A stretch of DNA of 62,784 nt from an uncultured Erysipelotrichaceae bacterium (GTDB taxonomy: Bacteria; Bacillota_I; Bacilli_A; RFN20; CAG-826): contig CADBNT010000029.1 in the NCBI GenBank assembly GCA_902796125.1, positions 1 to 62,784 of the forward strand, written 5' to 3'. The position numbers and the translations under genes are program-made. This document shows, in pieces, positions 35,862 through 45,233 of the stretch (position 1 is the first letter of the stretch; each line of letters opens with the position of its first letter). The notes beneath the pieces are model-generated. The model saw only the letters and a program-made list of their open reading frames with translations. It had not been told where the DNA came from and ran no database searches.

Positions 35862-38454
35862 AGCCTATGTAATCGACGGTAACTCCCTTCTTTTTAGAGC
35901 TTATTATGCGACAGCTTTTAACGGCACCGACAAGATAATGCGCACCAAAGAAGGTATCCCTACTAACGCTATCTTTGCTTTCTCCAATATGATTAACAAG
36001 ATTTTAAGTGGTCTAAAAGACGGAGATTTATTATTTGTTGGTTTTGATACTGGCACTGCTACTTTTAGACATAAAGAAGACGCCACATATAAAGCAAATC
36101 GTAAACCTTGCCCACCAGAACTCAAAGAGCAAATGCCAATCGCAAGAGAACTATTAAAATCTCTTGGCATTTTCACTTTTGAAAAGGAAGGATTTGAAGC
36201 TGACGATATATGTGGAACTTATTCTAAACTTGCAGCAAAAGCTGGTTATAACGTTGTCGTCTATACATCTGATAGAGATTATCTTCAATTAATTGATGAT
36301 AATATTTCCATCTATATTCTTAAAACTGGCATGTCTAACATCATGGTTATGGACACTAAAACCATGCCAGAAGAATATGGTTTCTCTCCTTTACAAATTA
36401 TTGACTATAAAGGTCTTAGAGGCGACTCCAGCGATAACCTTCCTGGTATTCCAGGCATTGGCGATAAAACCGCTGTTAAATTAATTCAGGAATACGGCTC
36501 TTTAGAAAAGATATTAGAAGCTGCTCCAAATATGAAAAGCAAAGTTGGAGAAAGCCTCGTTGAAAACGCTGAACTTGGTAGACACTGTAAACATATGGCG
36601 GAAATAGACATTAATGTCGAATTACCATTTAACGTCGAAGATACACTTTATGAAGGTTATGACTTTAATACCATCAATGCCTTTTGTAATAAATATGAGT
36701 TAAAGCAATTCCTCAACCGTCTTCCAAGCAAACTTAAAAAAGATGACGCTCATGAAGTCGATATCGATTATCAAAATGTCTCTTCTTTTAAGGGAATCGA
36801 TTTAGGCGATGAGATAAGCATTGCTTTAGATATTGAACCAGGAAACTACAATAATTCTGAAGTTTATGGCTTAGCCTTATTCTCTAAAGGTGAAAACTAT
36901 TACATTAGTATTGATGATTTAAAAAATGATGAAGCTTTATTAAAAGCTTTAAAAGATCCAAATATTAAAAAATATTGCTATGACTATAAAGCAATAAAAG
37001 TAGCCTTATCAAAACGAGGCATCGCTCTTGAAGGTCTTTATTTTGATATCCTTCTTGCCGCATATCTTCTTGATTCATCTTTAGTGAACAATCTAGATTC
37101 AGTCATGCACTACTTTGGAGCAGATATATCTTCTAACAAAGAAGATGCTTTATCTTTATTTGATAATTCTGATCCACTTAGAGCAGCAAAAGTAGCCTAT
37201 TTTGTTCATAAAATTGCCAATAAGGCCCTTGCTGAGCTTGATAAACTTGAATGTCTTGAATTATATCGTGATATTGAGATTCCTCTTGCTAGCGTGCTTG
37301 CCCGTATGGAAATTGAAGGCTTCCCATTAGACGTTAAAGTCCTCGAAGAGATGGGAAATGAATTCAAAGTTAATCTAAACGAGATTCGTGAGAAGATTTA
37401 TGAAATGGCAGGAGAAGAATTTAATATCGATTCTCCAAAGCAAGTCGGTGAACTTCTTTTTGGTAAACTTGGACTTAAGTCCAATAAGAAGATGTCTACT
37501 TCAGTGGATGTCTTAAAAGATCTTTCGGACGCTCATCCGATTGTTAACGAGATTCTCCGCTACCGAAAATACGCTAAGCTCATCTCCACTTATGTTTCTG
37601 GATTAACTTCTCATGTCTATGAAGATGGGAAATTACACGCTATCTTTAATCAAGCCTTAACTGCTACAGGAAGACTTTCTAGTAGCGATCCAAACTTACA
37701 AAATATTTCCGTAAGAGACGAAGAAGGCAAAATGATCAGAAAAGCCTTCTATTATCCAGACAATAATATTTCAATATTATCTTTAGACTATTCTCAAATA
37801 GAGCTAAGGATTCTTGCTTCTTTGTCAGGATGTAAGAAACTTCAAGAAGTTTTCTCTTCTGGAGAAGATATTCACGCTGCTACAGCAAGACACGTCTTCC
37901 ACACTGATAATCCAACTCCAAATGAAAGAAGACGCGCTAAAGCAGTTAACTTTGGAATTATATATGGAATCTCAGATTGGGGTCTTTCAGAACAAATTGA
38001 TTGTTCAGTAAAAGAAGCAAAAGCTATCATTGATGAATTCTATAACGCATATCCAGAAATTGGACAATATTTTCAAAAGATTACTAGTGAAGTAACAAAA
38101 AATGGCTATGTCACTACCTTATTAGGTAGAAGAAGATATCTTAGAGAAGTACATGATGCGAATTATCAAGTAAGAGAATTTGCAAGACGAGCAGCGATGA
38201 ACGCTCCAATTCAAGGTACTGCTGCAGACTTAATTAAAATCGCAATGATTAAAGTTGATAAAGCTCTTGAAGAAAAACATTTAAAAACTAAATTAATTTT
38301 ACAAATTCATGACGAACTTTTATTTAAAGTTCCTGAAGAAGAAAAAGATATCGTGCTTCCACTTATAAAAGACATTATGGAACACGCTTTAAAACTCGAT
38401 GTTAAATTAGAAGTTGATGGAGGATTTGGTCATACTTGGTATGATGCAAAATAA
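35854..38454 (+). CDS. polA: DNA polymerase I
   Basis: 866 aa. 5'-nuclease domain, central exo-like domain and family A pol motifs (DYSQIELR, RRAKAVNFGIIYG, QIHDELLF). Confidence 0.96.
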   Translation: MNKAYVIDGNSLLFRAYYATAFNGTDKIMRTKEGIPTNAIFAFSNMINKILSGLKDGDLLFVGFDTGTATFRHKEDATYKANRKPCPPELKEQMPIARELLKSLGIFTFEKEGFEADDICGTYSKLAAKAGYNVVVYTSDRDYLQLIDDNISIYILKTGMSNIMVMDTKTMPEEYGFSPLQIIDYKGLRGDSSDNLPGIPGIGDKTAVKLIQEYGSLEKILEAAPNMKSKVGESLVENAELGRHCKHMAEIDINVELPFNVEDTLYEGYDFNTINAFCNKYELKQFLNRLPSKLKKDDAHEVDIDYQNVSSFKGIDLGDEISIALDIEPGNYNNSEVYGLALFSKGENYYISIDDLKNDEALLKALKDPNIKKYCYDYKAIKVALSKRGIALEGLYFDILLAAYLLDSSLVNNLDSVMHYFGADISSNKEDALSLFDNSDPLRAAKVAYFVHKIANKALAELDKLECLELYRDIEIPLASVLARMEIEGFPLDVKVLEEMGNEFKVNLNEIREKIYEMAGEEFNIDSPKQVGELLFGKLGLKSNKKMSTSVDVLKDLSDAHPIVNEILRYRKYAKLISTYVSGLTSHVYEDGKLHAIFNQALTATGRLSSSDPNLQNISVRDEEGKMIRKAFYYPDNNISILSLDYSQIELRILASLSGCKKLQEVFSSGEDIHAATARHVFHTDNPTPNERRRAKAVNFGIIYGISDWGLSEQIDCSVKEAKAIIDEFYNAYPEIGQYFQKITSEVTKNGYVTTLLGRRRYLREVHDANYQVREFARRAAMNAPIQGTAADLIKIAMIKVDKALEEKHLKTKLILQIHDELLFKVPEEEKDIVLPLIKDIMEHALKLDVKLEVDGGFGHTWYDAK

Positions 38455-38456
38455 TT

Positions 38457-39854
38457 ATGCCTGAATTACCAGAAGTTGAAACCGTAAAAAATACGCTTCA
38501 TGAACTTGTTCATGGAAAAACAATTTCGGATGTAAAAATCATTCGTGAAAAGAATGTTGAAAATAATCCGGAAGAATTTAAAAATGCACTTATAGGTGCG
38601 ACTATAACGCATTTTGAACGAGTTGGTAAATTCATCATCTTTCACTTTGATAAAGATATTGTTTTAATCTCCCATTTAAGAATGGAAGGCAAATACTTCT
38701 TAAAGAGTAAAAATGACAAGATAGGTAAACATGATTTAGTCGTTTTCTATTTTAGTGACGATACATGTCTAATGTATAACGACACAAGAAGATTTGGAAT
38801 GCTTAAAGTAGCATCTATCTTTAATTACAAAAATGAACCGCCTTTATCTAATGTAGGTCCTGATCCATTTATGATGTCTGATGCATCTAGACTCGAAAAA
38901 GCGTTTAAAAATAAATCAATCGCAATTAAAACTGCCTTACTTGATCAAAGCATTATGTCTGGCCTAGGCAACATTTATGTTGATGAAGTGCTTTTCGCCA
39001 CCGCTATTCATCCTGAAACCCCTGCTAAACTTATCAAAAGGCAACAACTTGAATGGATTTTAAAAGAATCCAAAAGAATTCTAGGCGAAGCTTGTAATGC
39101 TGGAGGCACCACTATTAAGTCATATCACCCAAAAGAAGGTGTTTCTGGAAATTTCCAATATGCTTTAAAAGTATATGGTAAGAAAGATAAACCTTGTCCA
39201 AGGTGTGGACATCTTATGAGGAAGATATTTGTAAACGGAAGAGGCACTACTTTCTGTCCAAAATGTCAAAAGAATATCGATCTTCCATACGTTGTAGGAG
39301 TAACTGGTCCAATAGGTTCAGGCAAATCTGAAGCATGTAAATATTTAGAATCTTTAGGATTCCTTTATTTAAGCGCTGACAAGATTGTCCATGATTTATA
39401 TAAAGATAAAAAAGTTCAAGATGGTATTAGAAAAATCATTCCTGAACTCAAGATAAAAAATGATGATATCGATAGAGAATTCTTGAAGAATTATCTATTA
39501 GATAATCCTAATAAAAAGCGTCGACTTGAAAAGTATGTTCACTCTAAGGTTGAAGAAGTCTTTGCTAAGACAATAAAATCAACTCCAAAAAGCAAATCTA
39601 TCGTCTTAGAAGTTCCACTACTTTTTGAATCAAGAATTGATGATTATTGCGATGATACGTTGTTCATTGATATAAGTGATAAAAAGCAAATCGAAAATCT
39701 TATCGATAGAAAAGAAGACATTAAGAAAGCTTTAAAGCTAAATCAAAACTTTAACTATCAAGAAAACAAGAAAAAAGCGACGTATGTCATTAAGAATGAC
39801 AAAAACATCGCTCATTTAAATAAAGAATTATCAGCTATTTTTTCTTATAAATAG
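38457..39854 (+). CDS. fusion protein: formamidopyrimidine-DNA glycosylase (Fpg/MutM) plus dephospho-CoA kinase (CoaE)
   Basis: 465 aa. N-terminal PELPEVE and Zn finger CPRCG..FCPKCQ (~residues 1-272). After a ~6-aa linker comes VVGVTGPIGSGKS (P-loop) and a full-length CoaE-like half. One uninterrupted frame. Confidence 0.85.
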   Translation: MPELPEVETVKNTLHELVHGKTISDVKIIREKNVENNPEEFKNALIGATITHFERVGKFIIFHFDKDIVLISHLRMEGKYFLKSKNDKIGKHDLVVFYFSDDTCLMYNDTRRFGMLKVASIFNYKNEPPLSNVGPDPFMMSDASRLEKAFKNKSIAIKTALLDQSIMSGLGNIYVDEVLFATAIHPETPAKLIKRQQLEWILKESKRILGEACNAGGTTIKSYHPKEGVSGNFQYALKVYGKKDKPCPRCGHLMRKIFVNGRGTTFCPKCQKNIDLPYVVGVTGPIGSGKSEACKYLESLGFLYLSADKIVHDLYKDKKVQDGIRKIIPELKIKNDDIDREFLKNYLLDNPNKKRRLEKYVHSKVEEVFAKTIKSTPKSKSIVLEVPLLFESRIDDYCDDTLFIDISDKKQIENLIDRKEDIKKALKLNQNFNYQENKKKATYVIKNDKNIAHLNKELSAIFSYK

Positions 39855-40746
39855 CAGCGCCTGTTAAGTCAAATTCCTTCTCGCACATTTCAGTGATGAT
39901 TTTAGCGAGTTGTTTTCCTCTAATTTCTCCAGATGATTTCCCTAACGAATACATTTGTTGAATTTCTTTAATGGTGAAATCACTGGTGAAGAATGTTAAG
40001 CGTGAACTATGTTCACGTTCAGAAAGAATTGGAATGATAATTTGGTCGCGAATATATTCGTTTTTATATTCTTCTCCAAAACCATCAAGTACGAGTAATG
40101 GTACTTTTGATAACGCGACAATTTGACGAGTGAACTCTTCTTTATCTTCATATGATAAATCGGAGAGTTTTTTAATGCGGTCGAGGCAGTTAATGACTGC
40201 AACTTGGCCTAATCCCGTCGCTGCAAATTCATTCGCGAATGTAACTAATAAGAATGATTTGCCCACTTTGTGATTTCCTGTCACATACAGCCAACGTTCT
40301 GAGTCTCCACTAAGTATCTTATTAAATTCTTTAATAACTGGTCGACGATTATTGGAATAATCTAGAGTTTTAATAGTGCTTGATTTCCATTCAGATGGGA
40401 AATCTCTTACGAGGTAACGGCTATCAAGTCTAATTTGTTCCATGATTTTTGCGCATGGTTCATATTGAGTGGTAATAAAATTACCATCCTTTAAAACTTT
40501 CATAGCAATATGAGGAGTCTTTTTATCACAAGCATCAACACCTGGACAGTTCTTACAATAATTGTAATCATCCTTAAAATCGGTTAGCTTCGCAATATTC
40601 TCGCGAACTTCACCAATGGTAAGATTGAGTTTTTTGATTTGTTCATAAACTTCAATATCCGCTCTAATATCATCAAGTAGCTTGTTGATATAAGCACGCA
40701 TATCGACTTCTTGGTTTACGATTTCTTTAGCGTTAAACTCTTTCAT
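39835..40746 (-). CDS. dnaI: primosomal helicase loader DnaI
   Basis: 303 aa. N-terminal Cys-rich domain (CKNCPG..ACD) and AAA+ (TGNHKVGKSFLL, LVLDGFG). Confidence 0.85.
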   Translation of the reverse strand: MKEFNAKEIVNQEVDMRAYINKLLDDIRADIEVYEQIKKLNLTIGEVRENIAKLTDFKDDYNYCKNCPGVDACDKKTPHIAMKVLKDGNFITTQYEPCAKIMEQIRLDSRYLVRDFPSEWKSSTIKTLDYSNNRRPVIKEFNKILSGDSERWLYVTGNHKVGKSFLLVTFANEFAATGLGQVAVINCLDRIKKLSDLSYEDKEEFTRQIVALSKVPLLVLDGFGEEYKNEYIRDQIIIPILSEREHSSRLTFFTSDFTIKEIQQMYSLGKSSGEIRGKQLAKIITEMCEKEFDLTGAAIYKKK

Positions 40747-42044
40747 TATTTATTACCTCCTCTGTTCTTTTTTAATAATTCAATATTATTAATGATGCGT
40801 TGCATTTCTTCGTCTGATATTTCTTCATCAGGCTCTTTAACATTCTTTTTTGTATCATTCTGTTCTTCAGATTTGATCGTTGATTCTTTTTTCATAGTGC
40901 GCGTCATTTTATTCAAATAATTCATTGCATCTATTGTTGTTTCCACTTTCTCTCTAGCAAGTGATGCAGCAATCTTTTCACAATAGTTCATAGACAAGAT
41001 GTTGTTATTTTTGTGAAGAACATACTCGATGATTGTGTTGATGATTCCATTAGAGAATCCATAGCCTGAACTCAACTGATTTACTATTTTCAAATCCGCC
41101 TTTGCTGGTTCTGCACCATGTTGAATCATTCTTAGAAACTCTACTGGAGTTGAGTTTTCTTTGATTTTAATCCACTTAATTGATTCACCATCACCGCTAA
41201 GTTTCGATTTTATCTGTTTGCCCTTTGGTGCAACTATGCGATACTTAACAGCATCCTCAGCCTTCTCCGCAACTCTACGATAATCTAGATGTGGATTAGA
41301 ATGAGGCTCATATTCATCTGCAACGATGACCGCCATTTGTGATTCATCTAAACCAAACAAAGTCGCCAGTCTTTCAATCTCTTTAAGATCTCGTTTATAA
41401 AACGCGGATGGAAGGATTGGGGCTTGTTCGTTTAGATATTTGTAGAACGAGTCAAAGTTAAAGTTAATTTTCACACGACCTGGTTCATGACCAACAATGG
41501 AGTTTCCAAAGTCTTTCCTAAAGGAAGGATCGTCATAGTTAGGATGAAATACATCAATAAATGATGCGGATACTTCAGAGTATTCTTCTGGAATATCAAG
41601 ATTGATTTTGTATTTGAATGCGAGACGTTTCGCTTCTTTTTCTCCAACATATTGGATAAGTAGACCTTTAAATAAAACATCATCAAAGAAATCCTTTGGT
41701 GATTTAGGACTATATAAGACATATACATAGTATCTGCCATCGCTTGTCTTCTTTTCGTAGGTTCTAAGTAAGCCCACTGCTTCAAGCATATGACGAGCAG
41801 ACAAAATCATTCCTGGTGCGAACTGAGTGATGTTAATGAGTTGTTCAGTAACATAAAGATTATCTTCATCGTTATTGCGACGTTGTTTTAATAAGGTAAG
41901 GTAAAGCATTGTCGCTGCTGCGCCGATAAGCGGTTGATAAAGTTCAACCAAAACATCCTTATCGACATTAGAGACGATGGAAGCGAGTCTTATTTCATAA
42001 AAATCACTAGTTGAAACGAATTCCATAAGTGAAAGTATTATCAC
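40746..42044 (-). CDS. dnaB: replication initiation / membrane attachment protein (Bacillus DnaB-type, DnaD-like domains)
   Basis: 432 aa. LYQPLIG motif near the N-terminus. Directly upstream of dnaI. The track start is a GTG at 42044; the ATG at 42026 is an alternative. Confidence 0.8.
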   Translation of the reverse strand: MIILSLMEFVSTSDFYEIRLASIVSNVDKDVLVELYQPLIGAAATMLYLTLLKQRRNNDEDNLYVTEQLINITQFAPGMILSARHMLEAVGLLRTYEKKTSDGRYYVYVLYSPKSPKDFFDDVLFKGLLIQYVGEKEAKRLAFKYKINLDIPEEYSEVSASFIDVFHPNYDDPSFRKDFGNSIVGHEPGRVKINFNFDSFYKYLNEQAPILPSAFYKRDLKEIERLATLFGLDESQMAVIVADEYEPHSNPHLDYRRVAEKAEDAVKYRIVAPKGKQIKSKLSGDGESIKWIKIKENSTPVEFLRMIQHGAEPAKADLKIVNQLSSGYGFSNGIINTIIEYVLHKNNNILSMNYCEKIAASLAREKVETTIDAMNYLNKMTRTMKKESTIKSEEQNDTKKNVKEPDEEISDEEMQRIINNIELLKKNRGGNK

Positions 42045-42101
42045 ACACGCAAAAGGCCAAATCTACAAAAAGTTTCGATGAATTCTACACTTTTTCGAAA
42101 T

Positions 42102-42194
42102 TGTGCAAAACTTATCCACAGTCAATTTTCTAAAGAAAGCGAGTTTATCGAACTTTTTAAGCTAATCCCACAACTTATCCACCGTCTTTCCACA
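42102..42194. promoter_or_regulatory. DnaA-box cluster in the dnaB / lipoprotein divergent intergenic region
   Basis: TTATCCACA (42112-42120, perfect) and TTATCCACC (42175-42183) are embedded in a 14-nt direct repeat ACTTATCCAC[A/C]GTC. Weaker boxes are CTTTCCACA (42186-42194) and TTTTGCACA on the minus strand (42102-42110). Confidence 0.65.
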
Positions 42195-42242
42195 ATTTAA
42201 AATTTCACTATAAATTAATTTATACAATTGTGTAAGATATTA

Positions 42243-42674
42243 ATGATGAGAAAATCTTCCATAGTTCTTTTATTACCTGTTCTCCTTTGTTCATGTGTCA
42301 ATCACAAAACGAATGCGATGTTTGAGTTTGATTCCACACAAGTCGATGAAGAAACAACGTTAACATTTCATCTTGTTGTAACATCAATTAGCAAAACTGA
42401 TTTTGATAATGCGAACGGGCTAAATGTTTTGGAAGACGTTGTGGAAAAAAATAATTATTATTTTATAACTTTCACAAAAATTGATTCAGGTTCAAATATT
42501 GAAAAGCTAGATTTTTATAATTTGCAAGATATGTATCCTAACACAAAATCTCAACCTGTTACTTACATAGATGATAATGAAAACGAAATTGGGCCAGACA
42601 GCAACCAATTTTCTTGCACTTTTTTTATTCAATACAATGGTAAAATTATTATCTTTAAGGAGAAAACCAAATGA
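42243..42674 (+). CDS. small lipoprotein of unknown function
   Basis: Signal peptide MMRKSSIVLLLPVLLCSC with a lipobox-like L-C-S-C. Stop overlaps the next start (ATGA). The track ORF begins at a TTG at 42228; ATG 42243/42246 is more likely. Confidence 0.6.
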   Translation: MMRKSSIVLLLPVLLCSCVNHKTNAMFEFDSTQVDEETTLTFHLVVTSISKTDFDNANGLNVLEDVVEKNNYYFITFTKIDSGSNIEKLDFYNLQDMYPNTKSQPVTYIDDNENEIGPDSNQFSCTFFIQYNGKIIIFKEKTK

Positions 42675-44113
42675 TTTTATTAAATGCTCTTCTTGCACTT
42701 AGTCTTATTTCTTCACCAAATAATAATGTCAATGAATCCGGCTCTGTTTATAACCATCTTACCTTGGCCGAGAGAACTTTTATTACAACAAATATAAATT
42801 CAATTGTACAAGATGATACTTTACTACCTTATTTTATGAACAATCCCCAATCTAACAGCATTTCATATGATGAAAGTGATATTCCTGATTTGCTCGAGAG
42901 TACATATGCAAGCTACACTTGGTCGCAAACTGCTTATAACACTACAGCATCTACTACAGGTAACATTCCTGTGAATGTTAAAAATCCATACTATACTTCT
43001 GCCGAAATACAACAAGCAATAACGTTATCGAACGTTAGTAGCACTTATGGAGGATGTGGCCCTTTAGCAATGACGGGCATGTTGGATTATTTTGCTCGAT
43101 ATCTTGGCTACAACGAAATCATTAAAAACCCAGGTAGTTCAGAAGATAGAATACAATTATTAGTGGATGTTTTAACAAAAGTCAAAACTTATGAAGTTGG
43201 GTTTGGAAACAAACAAACTCTTACATTTCCTTGGGATTATTCAACGGCATTTAACACTTTAATGGATCAATACAAAATCAATGCTTTTTTGCAAAGCAAT
43301 TATAATTTTCAATTATTTGGCGGAAATCGAGACTCAAACTGGAACACTGTCAAAAGCAATATCAATAGTGGAATGCCAGTAACTTTGATGACAGGATTAT
43401 TCTCTGGAGATGGAGATTTTGCTCAACATTATACAAATATATTGGGTTATTCTACGTGGACTGGGGTAGATGAAAATTCAAATACTATTAGCAAAGATTT
43501 CATTATCGCAAGATTAAATTTCGCAAACAAAACCGATATCTACTACTGTGATGCAGATATTTTAGGAGATGGAATGATTGGACTAATTACGTATAGTGCA
43601 AATTCAAGCAACACATCAAGATTTGGAGCGGTCGATTTCGCTGAGGAATTTGTGAATAGTCAAGGTGGTGGACAATATTTCAATATTGAAAAAGGCGCGC
43701 CTGTGACTTTTCTTAGCAACGAGCAAATTCAAACATATCGACTAAGAACTAGTTATATTGAAAACCAATATTTAGTAATGTCTCCTAATAGAGCTAATTG
43801 CGGATCGGCTTATCTTGAAATGATTTTTAATCATTCTGTTTCATCGATGACATTTGATATTTCTTTATGGGGACCAAACGAGAATATTACCGGCCAATCA
43901 TTATATACATATTATTATGATGGAACGTATTGGCTCATGTATGAATCAATTACTCTATCTGATTTGTCTACAAATAAAGCCAACCCGAGTCGAAAACACC
44001 TAAGTTTTCCTAGCGATGCTGTTGGAGTCAAATTCTATACGTGGCACACTAACCCAAGTGGCGATTACAACCGTGGCAGGGTTTGCTTAGATAATTTTAT
44101 TGTTAGATATTAA
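42671..44113 (+). CDS. putative papain-fold (C39-like) cysteine peptidase with C-terminal beta-sandwich-like domain
   Basis: 480 aa. Hydrophobic N-terminus. YGGCGPLAMTGMLDYF (candidate catalytic Cys) and DFAQHYTNILGY (candidate His) resemble Peptidase_C39_2. The ~150-aa C-terminal domain is unassigned. Confidence 0.55.
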   Translation: MILLNALLALSLISSPNNNVNESGSVYNHLTLAERTFITTNINSIVQDDTLLPYFMNNPQSNSISYDESDIPDLLESTYASYTWSQTAYNTTASTTGNIPVNVKNPYYTSAEIQQAITLSNVSSTYGGCGPLAMTGMLDYFARYLGYNEIIKNPGSSEDRIQLLVDVLTKVKTYEVGFGNKQTLTFPWDYSTAFNTLMDQYKINAFLQSNYNFQLFGGNRDSNWNTVKSNINSGMPVTLMTGLFSGDGDFAQHYTNILGYSTWTGVDENSNTISKDFIIARLNFANKTDIYYCDADILGDGMIGLITYSANSSNTSRFGAVDFAEEFVNSQGGGQYFNIEKGAPVTFLSNEQIQTYRLRTSYIENQYLVMSPNRANCGSAYLEMIFNHSVSSMTFDISLWGPNENITGQSLYTYYYDGTYWLMYESITLSDLSTNKANPSRKHLSFPSDAVGVKFYTWHTNPSGDYNRGRVCLDNFIVRY

Positions 44114-44131
44114 TAAGAGTGGTATTTAAAA

Positions 44132-44971
44132 ATGAAAAAAGTATTAGCCTTTGATATCGGCGGCACAAATATGCGCCTTGCCCTCATTAACGAAAAGCTT
44201 GAAATTGAAAAAGTTTTAATTAAACCAACCGTTAGAGATAACCCAGATGCTTTCATGAAAAACGTCTGTGATTTAATCTCTGAATTTGATCTTAAAGATG
44301 TCGTTGCAATTGGAGCGGGTGTCCCAGGTGTTGTTGATAGAGAAAAAGGCTTAATTATTGACCTTCCAAATGTCCATATCGGAAACATCGAATTTGGCAA
44401 AATTATCACTGAAAAATTTGGCTTCCCAGTCTTCCTTAGAAATGACGCAGAAGTTGCTTGTTTAGGCGAAGCCTATTCTGGCGCTGGAAAAGATTATTCC
44501 AGAGTATTTTTCATCACCATTTCTACTGGACTAGGTGGAGCAATGTGCGTCGATAATGAATTCCAAGATTACATTACTGAAATTGGTCATACTTTATTCA
44601 TGTATAAAGGTAAGCCATGTGAGTTCTCACTTGTCTCAGGTTCATACATCACAAAACTAGCCGAACTCAATAACTACAAGATTGAAAAAGCTGCAGATTT
44701 ATTTGATAGATATGAAGCTGGAGATGAGGAAGCAAAACGTGTGTTTAAAGAATGGCTTTCTATTTTACAAAAGTTCATTCGTTTAGTTGTTGATTCATAT
44801 CTTCCAGACATCATTGTTGTCACTGGTGGATTCATGAATCAAAAACATCTATTCTTTGATGATTTAGTAAGACTAAACCCAGACGTTTTAATCAAAGAAT
44901 GTGAATACAAAACCCAAGCTGGTTTAATCGGCTCGGGCACATTTGCATTAAAAGAAATGAAAATTATTTGA
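44132..44971 (+). CDS. ROK family sugar kinase (no Zn-Cys motif)
   Basis: 279 aa with LAFDIGGTNMR and ITISTGLGGAM. The usual CxCGxxGC motif is degenerate. Confidence 0.75.
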   Translation: MKKVLAFDIGGTNMRLALINEKLEIEKVLIKPTVRDNPDAFMKNVCDLISEFDLKDVVAIGAGVPGVVDREKGLIIDLPNVHIGNIEFGKIITEKFGFPVFLRNDAEVACLGEAYSGAGKDYSRVFFITISTGLGGAMCVDNEFQDYITEIGHTLFMYKGKPCEFSLVSGSYITKLAELNNYKIEKAADLFDRYEAGDEEAKRVFKEWLSILQKFIRLVVDSYLPDIIVVTGGFMNQKHLFFDDLVRLNPDVLIKECEYKTQAGLIGSGTFALKEMKII

Positions 44972-45002
44972 TTTAAATAATTTAGGTTGTTATATTATTA
45001 CT

Positions 45003-45215
45003 AGCGTTGACGAAGACATGTTAATAAGATCTTCTCTTCAAGAGAGGAAGCGTAAGGTGGAAGGCTTCTAAGAGAAACTTATTAAAACCACTTCCGAGCA
45101 TCTAAGGATAACTTAGACGTAAGTCTTGCGTTAAAAGATATCAAGAGTATATCCTAATGGATATAAAATAAGGTGGTACCGCGATAAATCGTCCTTATGT
45201 GGACGTTTTTTTATT
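45003..45215 (+). promoter_or_regulatory. T-box leader (Thr) upstream of thrS
   Basis: TGtTATATT extended -10 at 44988-44996. AGAGAG/GGTGGAA stem I elements. Candidate specifier ACC-A at 45087-45090. T-box AAGGTGGTACCGCG (45170-45183). Terminator is CGTCC-ttatgt-GGACG plus T7. Confidence 0.8.
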
Positions 45216-45233
45216 TTCTAGGAGGTAAAACAT

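Noticed and set aside
42045-42242. Possibility that the DnaA-box region is the chromosomal origin (oriC)
   Set aside because: No dnaA or dnaN is nearby. There are only two strong boxes. I see no repeated AT-rich 13-mer/DUE-type unwinding element beyond generic AT-richness. The strand switch here is local, affecting only the dnaB-dnaI pair. A regulatory or titration site is more parsimonious, and the window alone cannot settle it.
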